Of a stretch of DNA of 64,000 nt, positions 54,094 to 64,000 are shown piece by piece. The stretch spans positions 33,914,001 to 33,978,000 of the forward strand of contig JBITNC010000002.1 of the NCBI GenBank assembly GCA_050084985.1, written 5' to 3'. The DNA comes from Nageia nagi (taxonomy: Eukaryota; Plantae; Pinophyta). The notes under the pieces were generated by a model. It had not been told where the DNA came from and searched no databases. It worked only from the letters and a program-made list of their open reading frames with translations. Within the stretch, counting starts at the first letter, position 1; each line of letters opens with the position of its first letter. A program made the position numbers and the translations under genes.

Positions 54094-54352
54094 ATGGACA
54101 CATCAAGCCCTGCTGTAATGGTGAATGGGGAGGTTATGAGGAGATATGTCGGAAGGAGAGTTCGATGCGTGGTCAGAGTTCTGCGCAGCGATGCCGGAAT
54201 TCTCTTCGGCCAGACTTCCGACGGCCATCAGATCACTGTGAAACAAGCGCCGCCTGCCATTTCGCTCTCGCAGTTTGTCGAAGTCATCGGCGTTGCCGAC
54301 AACGAGAGCTCAATTCGAGCTGAAATTTGCACGAATTTTGGCGACAAATTTG
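54094..54352 (+). CDS. RPA3: Replication protein A 14-kDa subunit, exon 1
   Basis: MDTSSPAVMVNGEVMRRYVGRRVRCVVRV...EVIGVADNESSIRAEICTNFGDKF matches plant RPA3. Phase-1 donor G|GTTTGT at 54353. The expected C-terminal exon (D..YN.LC.LANG) was not found in the window. Confidence 0.93.
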
Positions 54353-57300
54353 GTTTGTACTTTTTTCTTCTTCTTTTCCCTTTTTCATAAAAAATCCTAA
54401 ATTAGCGATCTCAAACAATTAATTACTGCCCTCTATTTAATCCTTCTCTCACTGCTCGAGATTTGATGTGCACAAATATTTAATGCTGGTTGTGTAAGTT
54501 CTGAATGATAAATTGAAAAAAGTCGACGAGTTTCATCAAGCATTCTTAAACGTAGGTGCAATAATATTTACAATCTTCTGATTTTTGAATGGCCGGATAT
54601 TTCTACAAATAATTTAAAAGTCTTTAGCTTGAAACTTTCAAAATTTGTGTTTTGTTCAAAAAGGATCCGAGGAATACGGTAGAACACAATTTAGAAATTC
54701 TGCACGCATAACATGTTTTTGCTTTGATTTTTTTTCTCTTATTATTTTTTTTCCTTCGTCAACTATTATTATAGTTAAACATATGAAGTATTATTCTTGC
54801 TTGTCTTTTGCCAGCGGCCAAAATCTGCAGAAACTTGTGTGGCTTGTAATAACTTGAGTCTTTTTAGGTTGAGGATAAATGTGAAAATATCTGTTAAAAC
54901 CCAGACAATTACTTTGAAAGGATTTTCAAGAAGATTTGGGAAGCTTGTGAAATTCTTAGTTTTTGTGCTTTAATTATGTTTTTTAAGCTCCTCCATGGCC
55001 ATTTTCCTCGTGCTTCGATTTATTTCCGTCACACTGAAAAATTCTTGCCATTTGGTTGTGTTGATGGTAATATCTGGCTATTTTGGTATTTCCAAAGCAT
55101 AACTTAAGAGTTGTATGAGATTCATACGGATGAAGATTGTAGACATTTTATTCGCTGCTAAAGAAGTATGCAGTCCACTTCTGTACTTCCGTCATGTGAA
55201 AGACTCATTGGGGAGGTTAGATAGAAGTCAGAACAAAAATGATGAGATCACATTTAAGAAAAGACAGTCTTAGAAATTTGACAGATGATAAACCTGATTT
55301 AACAAAACCACTCTGTTCACCACTCAAGAGATCAATTATGCAAAAATATGATGAAGGGCATTTGAGTGAAATTAAATCTCCTAGAAGCTGATTATGCTGA
55401 AGTTTTCTCAATTGGTATTGTAGGAATAAGAGAAAATCTAAATGAAAATTCCCTTTATTTAACACATTCGAAGCAAATTATTTCAATCATTTGTTCCTGC
55501 TCAATGTTGGATTTGTAAATCTTATCATCAACTCAAATACTTAGGTTACGCACTATCTAATTTGGCATTTTGATTAAACTTTGTCTCTGTTAGTGTTCCA
55601 TTTCATTGTCCATCTTTTTTGTTTTTTTCTTTGGTATTTTGAAATTTGTCATATATATAAAATATCCGCTTTCCCCATTCCTCCAAATGTTTCTTGCAAT
55701 ATAATAAAATGCTGCAGAGATTAGATACATATATAATATTTGTAAATTATTTATTAAAAAAATAGATTTATATTATTTCCAGGCCATAATACCTTCATCA
55801 TTTTTTGGCTTGTCACGTACGACAACATTTCTATCAGAATTCTTTTCTTATTGCGTTGAAGCCTGGGTGTTGAAAGATCTTGGAACCTTTTTAAATTAAG
55901 ATCTGTCACAAGCACGTGTGATAAGTGGGGCAGCAAGTGGGATATGTATCTCACGATGTAGAGAGTGGGATTGGATTGACTTGGGTGCTATTCGGAACCC
56001 TGTTTCCTGCACGCTGTTAAAATTTTATTGATTTGGGAATAAATCAGTTGTCATTGTGGTGGATTGACTTGGGTGGTTATCTTTCCATACCTTTGACCAG
56101 ATCCTCTAGTTTTTAAACAAGTGTCCCTTCAGCTTCCCATTTCCGCCCTTCTAAATCCTGAAACTGCTATCAAGCATTCTGAGTGGGAATATTGTGGGGC
56201 ATCAGTTTACAGGTCAATGTAACTAATTAGCCCATTTTTTGGGTTCCAAATGATTTCTAGACAAATTTAGCAAGAACCTGTACCATTGGGTAGGGATGAT
56301 TTTGTTGGATGGTACGAAAATTCTGCCAATATGTTGGGCAATACCACTGGTTGCGGAAAACCCTATCAACAACATTCCCCATTTTGTAAGTCTGGAAGTA
56401 AATGACTCAAAAGTTGAAGAAAACAGCTCAAACAGAGAGCACTAAAATCACAAACAAATAGTTTCAGAATTATAATAAAGAGCATCAAAGTCACAACAGA
56501 GCATTGGAGTTACAAAAACAGGGCATTGGAGTGTGAAATAGGGGACGCAAGAGTTACAAAAAGGGGGTCAAAGTTTTGGCTGAGGTAAAATATGATATCC
56601 TAAAAACTTTCTAGCATAATAACCGTAGGGGAATTCAAATCATTTTTGTCTCCTTGAAAGAGAGATGTTTTGGGCCACTAGATGATAGGGGCCTGCGTAT
56701 CATAATTATATTCATAGGATGAAAGCTTTCTAGAAATAGGCAAGTGATATATCATTGGAAAGAGCTTGAAAAGTTTTTTACAACAGTGTATATAATGTGA
56801 AAAATGAAGCTGTAAAATGAAAATTATAGTCTTTTGAATTTGATAGTTCTCTAGTCAAAAACACTGCATGCAAAAAAAAGAAAACAATGTGGAAAAATTA
56901 TTTCTTCTATTTTTTCACACAAACTTGTGTACAATGCATGGGCTAAGTACTACTAAATTTCACACACTAATCTACTGATTCTCCTACTCTTACATCCAAA
57001 GAACAGTTGCAAATTGACATAATCCTATATGACAATTATAAGAATTTTTTTACTGCAGCTTATTGTACAAATCCTGTTACAAGTTATTACATATTCCAAA
57101 ATAGTGATCAAGACACCACATGATTACCTCAGAAGGTAGGTAGAACAATCTTGGTCAGCACCATATTCCAACAAGTCTTTATGTACACTATTAAATCCCC
57201 TTGTAGAATATTAATTGAATCTTCCAATGGTTGTTTCATTACATAAGTTGAAAATATGATGCTATGTTAAAGCAAAGTTCCGCTTACTATGTTTGACTTT

Positions 57301-57829
57301 GACGTTTTGAATAATCCAAATGTTTTTTTTGATCAAGAAAACATGTTAGAATCCGAAGCCCAACAAAAATATTAATCGTAAAGGTATAGGCTATAAGTAT
57401 AATCACACGTTAGGAGGAAAGAAGATGTTCTTATAGAAGTCTCGAAGGTTCAATGATAGGGATGAGGAAATAGTCACTCTCTAACCTTTTCTGAGATCTC
57501 CAGCAAATCATATGGTAGGCATTTTAGAATGGCATCCAATTCTTTAGTAAAAACATGGAATTTGCAAGATATGGCTTTGCTCTTTGGTGCCTTCATCTCA
57601 GAATAAAATCCAAATGTTTAAGTTAAAAATTCTATGTAGCTCATTTTAGCATAAAGTCCAATACATGCAAAGTATTTTAGGACACAAATGAAATAATTTT
57701 CTCTAGAAAGAAAGAATGAAAGAAATTAAATTGATGTTATCATATGACTAAAAACAATCAATGGGATTGGCATGTACAATCATAATCCATAAGCAAACAA
57801 GGCTTCACAAGGGCCCATCCTAAAGAAAA

Positions 57830-60800
57830 CTAAAACAGCTAACATAAAGCAAACGAGTTCAAACAAAAACACTGCAAATCTTAATGAAAGGAATGATCAA
57901 AAGAGGCTCGTCTTGGATCTCTTTGTGGGAGAACACGCAAATGATCTCTACTTTGGAGAAAGGGCATGCAAAACACGAAAGGTCATTTCCATGGCATTGC
58001 TATGGGGAAGTAGGATGGAATCTATCTAATCCTTTGTGAAAGTTGGATGTCTTGGAGGCATCTCTTGGTATGTCATGCGGGGTGCAAAGGGTCGTTTGTT
58101 TGTCATCTCCTAGAAACTCATTGCTAGGATGAAAAACAATGTAATGCGAAAATCTCTTGTTGGCTTTAGGAATGAGCTAGTAGGGGATTTTACATAAGGA
58201 AAGTCTCGTGGACATACAAATCCAAACAATGCTGATTGGGGTATTGTAGGTGATAATGAGCTGTGTGAGTCTCATAAGAGGTAGTGGTATTGACCTTCAA
58301 ATCTCATAGTAAATTGAGCATTGGAAGATGAAGTGGTCTTCAAACTCAATCTCAAGGGAGCAAAGGCAATAGACTTGTAAATCTCAATTTAGGTGGTGAT
58401 CTGTCTCTATCCTCAATTGATGGGAGCAAACTTGAAATTGTCCAAGGAACATTCTCAATTCGAGAGATAAATGTAGGTTGATATATTTAGGTGGGTGAAT
58501 CAAACTGTTGTCAATTTGAAGGTAAAGATATGAGTTATGTGAAAGCTTGGGCAATAATGATTGTAAGGGTGAGACCTAAGTGGTATGAATGAAGGCCTTA
58601 GAGATCGACTCTCAAATCAATGTCATGGAACTTGTAGAGGGCCTAGTTGAACCCTCATATCAATGTCATGAGAGAAGCCAAATCTGTGTAGCATCATGAT
58701 AGTTTGAGCAAACCAATATTGACAACAACCTTGAGTGGCTAGATCTATTGAGGAGGCCAAGGCATGGGAAAGGAGTTTATCTATATTGCCCCTATAGTCA
58801 AAAAGACCTTGAAGAATACGAAGGAAGAGGTCTATGGAGGCAAGGGCCCACACTTGAAGAGGTTGGTAGTCGAACTCCGCAATCGCAATAAGGTGAGGGA
58901 TTAATCTTTTACTTTGAATGGAGCATGACAAAGTATTGACCAAAATTCTCTACATCGCAATCCAATCTATTGCTCTCAAATTGGAACCTGAAACCACTAA
59001 TTCCATATTGTATTGTGGGGATGACTAGAGTTTGAAAAAGCACTATCTTAGATGAAATGTCTTGGAAGTGCAATTGGATGCATTGTCTCTCTAGGGTGGA
59101 GATTGTTGCATAGCCTTGACAAAAAGACCTTGAAGAATACAGAGGAAGAGGTCTATGGAGGCAAGGGCCCACACTTGAAGAGGTTGGTAGTCGAACTCTA
59201 TAATCGCAATAAGGTGAGGGATCGACCTCTTACTTTTAATGGAGCAAGGCAAAGTATTGACCAAAATTCTCTCTATCGCAATCCAATCTATTGCTCTCAA
59301 ATTGGAACCCGAAACTTCTAACTCCATATAGTACTATGGGGATGACTAGAGTTTGAAAAAACACTATCTTGGATGAAATGTCTTGGAAGTGCAATTGGAT
59401 GCATTGTCTCTTTAGGATGGAGATTGTCGCATAGCCTTGACAAATTAAAACTCTAGGTGGTGATGCTATCCTCATGGAGAATTAGGGATTAAAAAGAGGA
59501 CTCCCAAGTAGGTGTAGGAGTTGGTGGTCTTGATGATGCTATCACGTAAGGAATATGTGTTTTGTTCAGTTGGATTTTAATATTGAAGGAGTCTTGTGCA
59601 TCTATCAAGCCTTGCAAGCCCTTAATTGAATGTGTGAGTAGTACAATATTATCTGTGAAAAGGAGGATGCGTGCCCAATTGCCATGTAGAAGACAATCGA
59701 ATTGAGGATCAATGGACTCTAATATGAAGGAGTCAAGCTTGTCTATGTATAGGCCAAATAAAATTGGAGAGAAGGGGAAACTCTGTTTCACCCCGATTGT
59801 GCTAAGTATATTATTTGATAACCCCTTTGTATTTTAGAAATGACCTCAAAGAGTCTTATGCAAAGTCAAAATGGTTGCGAGTTCAATTTTTGGTACACCT
59901 AGTTGTCAAAGTCGGTCCATGGTTTGTGATGGGGGACAATGTTGGAAGGCTTGTTGAAGTCCATGAAGCAGCCATAAATTGGGACCTCTTCCAAAATCCA
60001 GACTCAAGCTTGTTTATTTATAGGCCAAACAAAGTTGGTGAGAAGTGGCAACCTTATTTCACCTTGATTGTGCTAAGTATATTGTTTGATAACCCCTTTG
60101 TAGTCTGGACATGACTTAAAAGAGTCTCATACAAAGTCAAAGTGGTTGTGAGTCCGATCTTTTGTACGCCTAGTTGTCAAAGTTGGTCCATGAGTTTATA
60201 ATGGGGGACGATGTTGAAGGCCTTGTTGAAGTCCACAAAGAAGCCATAGATTAGGGACTCTTCTAGAATTCAGCCTCCTTGATGATCACTTTAAGGGTGA
60301 AAATATGGTCTATGGTGCGATGATCTCTTTGGAAACTTGCCTAACCTACTATGAAGCCTTTGTTGTCTACCAATTGTGCAATATAATCCTCAATAACTAT
60401 GGTATATAACTTGGCCAAGGTATGGCCAATCATAATGGTGTAGTAGTTGTTCAATTTATTGGGATCATGGATTTGAAGATGGGATGGATGATGTTTGAGC
60501 TCCAAGAAGGCAAGAAACATGAGCAAATAACATTGTTGAAAAGCTTGGAGAGAAAAGGATGGAGAGTGAGTTTTTCATCTTTGAGGAATTTGGTTTGGAG
60601 ATTTTGAATGTTTGGGGCTTTTCTGAGGTTAAGCCTTTGGAGGTGGTGTGTATGGAGGGAGAGAAGAACTCTGAAGTGGAGGGGTGGGGGAGACAAATGG
60701 ATGTGTTTTGATTGGTAATTGTGTAAAAGCGAGAGGCATACTCTTTCCAAGTTTGAAGAGAGATGGAGGATGAGATGGTTTTCCTTGGCAAGAAGGAATG

Positions 60801-62420
60801 CCAAAAGGATTTGGGATTAGAGTGAAGTGAGGAGAGGACCTCTAGTCTCCTTTTGGTTAAGAAATGGTGCTTCTTAGGCCAAAGGAGACAATGGTAGGAG
60901 CGATAAAGGATGGTAGTGGAGGATGACAAAGAGTCACGTGCCATGGAGCATTGAAGGTGATGATAAGTGCCTTTGCACTCAATATCAAACTAGGGATTCA
61001 TCAATTAATGTCTTGGTGGGTGAAAGAGGGTAGGGGGCTAACCCGGTGGGGAAAAGCTTGATCATCCAATAAGGGAGGGAGTGTAAGCCAATCGAGTTTT
61101 TGTTTTAGAATGTTGTTATAGAGGGGGTTGTGTTGTAAGTCGAAGAGGATGGTTGTGTAGGGAGAACTAGGAGTGAGGGTGACAATGTGAGGGGGTTGTG
61201 GAAGGTGGTATAAAAAAGAAAAAGGTTAGGGGTGCATGATTTGCAAGAGGGAGTTGAGGAGCTACACGGAAGGAGTGGATGTGTGTGACAAGGGAGGGAT
61301 TGGAGAGGATGCAATGCACAATGTCAGATTCCCTTGCATGAGGGAAGGAGGTGTAGTGTTGAGAGTGGGGGAATCAAGCAATGCCATTGAGAATCACAAG
61401 ATCATGGGTTTCATCAAGCTCCATATAGAATATATTGTGACTTGAAGGGTGTGTGGAATTTTTTGAATCTCTCTGGAACAATAGTGGTCGATCAAGAGGC
61501 CCTAGATTTGAGTGTCTCTGACTAAAAAGTCCATGTTGCCTGAGCCATGACTACCAAACCTTGAGCGCCTTGAGGTCCTAAAAGCAGAGATCCAGGTAAA
61601 CCCTGAAAAGATGGGGAGCCCCTTTATAGAGCTCTCATGCCTATTGAAAAAAGTATCAAATCTGACTGTCGAAAAAAGTGTCAAATCTGACTGTTGATTA
61701 ATGTCCTGAATTGATTCCAGAGAAGATCAAAGAATCCTGTTATAGTTCCAAACCGAGATTGTAATTGTTGAGAGATTTGAAGGGGTTCTTAATAGGTGTC
61801 ATTTAGAAGATAGAGAGGATGTGGGGGGCCAAGTTTTAGGCCAGCCCGCAAGAGGTGAATCTCTAATCCAAGCTTGACAATTGCAAATAACTGCCCCATT
61901 TACTTGATTTCCTTGCTTCGGTAACTTCCTTTTGGGCTGCATCTAGTTCTTTAGATTGCACGCGTGTGAGATCTTCATTAATAAAGATACGATCCTGTAA
62001 GGAAGGTAGAACCTTTTTGGCTTTGAGGATAGAAATTCTGTGCTCTGGTGTGTGCAAACAAATGAGCAAGGATAGATCCTTCGCTTCCCAAACTTTGTCC
62101 ACAATTATATTCAGAAGATTCAGAGTATCATGGATGAAGTTTAGCACTGTATCAGTTGGTTGTCTCCTGTTTTCAGGCCTCTAAAACAAAGATTTAGAGC
62201 TTTATGCTGTCTGTGTCGTTCCTCTTCAAACTTCTTGTTGACTGCTGTCACAATAATCAGGGTGGGTTTGTCGTCAGAGCTCCAAACTGCGTCTGCCCAG
62301 GAAGAAGACTATGCCTGTAGCTGATGTGCAAGAGATGTTTGGGCAAATTTGTGGTTGAGTATCTTGTTTCTGAGAGCAACAATTTCCTTCTGTAGAATGT
62401 CGAATGAGGAGGACTCATTT
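57830..62420 (-). mobile_element. Near full-length RTEX/L2-like LINE (ORF1 + APE + RT) in RPA3 intron 1, frameshifted
   Basis: ORF1 coiled coil, NLCFRGL and RIFINEDLT (61863-62147); APE start ISVWN; RT YYTIMIGHTLAKLY, HRTIDHIFTL, YGFFVDFNKAF, SPILFGLYIDKL, LLFTDNIVLL; LFQTLVIPTI.YG. Confidence 0.85.
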
Positions 62421-62487
62421 GATCCTAAAAGACAAAACTTGTAAAAAAGAGGAAGAAGCTAAAATACCAGAAATAGCTTGCTGTCAT

Positions 62488-62712
62488 CATGGCATAGCTG
62501 AAGCAATTTACTGGCAGAAAGGAATGTTTTCTTTAGGGAGCAAAAACACTTCAATGCAAACTGGGGAAGAGGTTTTTGCAAATCCTTCACTTCTTCAATT
62601 ATGGCATAGCTGAAGCTGTTTATTGGCAGAATGGAATGCTTTCTTTAGGGAGCAAAAACACTCCAATGCAACCTGGGGAAGAGGCTTTTGCAAATCCTTC
62701 ACTTCTTCAAAT
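62488..62712 (+). repeat. Tandem duplication of a ~113-bp unit
   Basis: ATGGCATAGCTGAAGC...GCAAATCCTTCACTTCTTCAA occurs twice (62489-62600 and 62601-62711). Confidence 0.85.
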
Positions 62713-64000
62713 ACCAAGGTCAAGGCAATTTCTTCTATGGTTTTTCCTATATATATATAATTTGTCATTAAATATATCAACCCTAATTCATGCATGGTTC
62801 CTGGGGCAAAGAGAGAGATTCATGAAACATGGTCAACATGAGTCAACCCTCATACAGAAAAGGGTTTTGGAGAGAATCAATATTAGAAAAAATAGATGAT
62901 TTTTGTATTTAGATGAACAGACGGAGGAGAATATCCAGCAAAAACCCCAATGGGAACCCAAAGGCAGGTAAAAGAAGAAAATTCAACCAAGGGAGATTCG
63001 AACCAGGAGGATGAGAGACAAGCAGACAGCCTCAGTGAGCAGTTATCCCATACAAGAATCAACCAACAGGTAAACCACATTTGGATGAGCATGAAAAGCT
63101 GGAAAAATTATAATTGATGAAAATGAGCAGCAGAAATGCATGCCCCAAGGTAATATCTTTGTAGCTTAAGATGCAAGGATCCATTTTCAGACCTGGACAC
63201 CTTCAAAGAGAGTAAACATCATCCCAAAAACGGCGAAAAAAAGTCCAAAGAGAAAGACACGGATGGTAGAATGGATGCCACAAAAACTATAGTATGAATA
63301 GAGAGTTAGATAATATCTATTGGAAATAATAGTTTTGGGTCAACCAGAAAAACATAATTTTGTTGTGCATAGACAATAGACCCATTTAAAATCCTCTTTG
63401 GTTCCCCTAGTAATAAACGATTGCTTTAGACAACTGTCATCTTCAAGGGTGTGTAGCCAACACACGATTCTTTCTTGGTGATGATAAGGAAACTTAATGT
63501 CACCTGAGGATAAAATAGCTCGAATATGTCTTAATGGGTTTCAATTATTTGAGTAGGTTTATACAAAAAAGCATTTGCTAGTATATGTAACCATAGTTGT
63601 GAAATCACCAAGATGCAAACTTTATCTATTTTGATGTTAAGTGATCCCTCTTTGTTATGAGGCCAAATGGAACTTGTTTTATGGGAGTCCTGCTGATCTT
63701 TTCCACTTTTTTTATGAAGGTATGACAGATGTTTGATTTTTAATTGAAAAGTTCAAACTACTTTTTTTTATGAAGGTATTGATATGTCTAGGGTTTTGCC
63801 TGAGATTGGACGAGTATAACTAGATGGTCATGTTGCATGGAAGGCTATCTTTTTCTAGATTTATTTCAGCACATTTATTTTGTTTTATGCCATGACACTA
63901 TATTTCTGCTTCTATTATCTAATTGTACATGCGCATATATGAGATATTATTGTTGTGTTTGATCTAGAACTAGTGTTTATTGATTGAAATTCTCTTCGTT

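Noticed and set aside
56600-57100. Possible MITE in the RPA3 intron
   Set aside because: MITE-like internal motifs are present, but no TIR/TSD pair was found.
3371-63092. Remaining 60-160 aa ORFs in the track as independent genes
   Set aside because: They overlap decayed TE domains in antisense or shifted frames, or are low-complexity chance ORFs.
62800-63240. Possible L1 fragment or RPA3 exon 2
   Set aside because: No RPA3 C-terminal motif in any + frame I read; L1 similarity too weak to call.

Overview
AT-rich eukaryotic DNA from a land plant. The very long TE-filled introns and heavy C-to-T decay suggest a large genome such as a gymnosperm (inference). Two host genes are supported. One is a minus-strand secreted DUF538 gene: ATG 30219, a 10.3-kb CDS intron, a terminal coding exon at 19390-19331 and a probable 3'UTR intron. 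The other is the first exon of a plus-strand RPA3/RPA14 gene (ATG 54094) with E2F and telo-box motifs; its second exon was not found, so intron 1 probably runs past the window. Most of the rest is a stack of nested, decayed transposons: the right part of a CACTA element carrying ~1.8 kb of telomere-like arrays and a multi-exon relic; a non-chromovirus Ty3/gypsy; a deleted two-LTR chromovirus inside the DUF538 intron; a Reina-like chromovirus; two L1 LINEs; three non-L1 (RTEX/L2-like) LINEs; solo LTRs; a TIR element with a 4-bp TSD; a MULE-type foldback element containing a tRNA-like SINE; and a 660-bp CpG-retaining insert between perfect 21-bp direct repeats. Most ORFs in the supplied track are antisense or out-of-frame shadows of these relics. 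I found no intact novel protein system; the most unusual signals are in mobile-DNA architecture. Boundaries of decayed elements are approximate.
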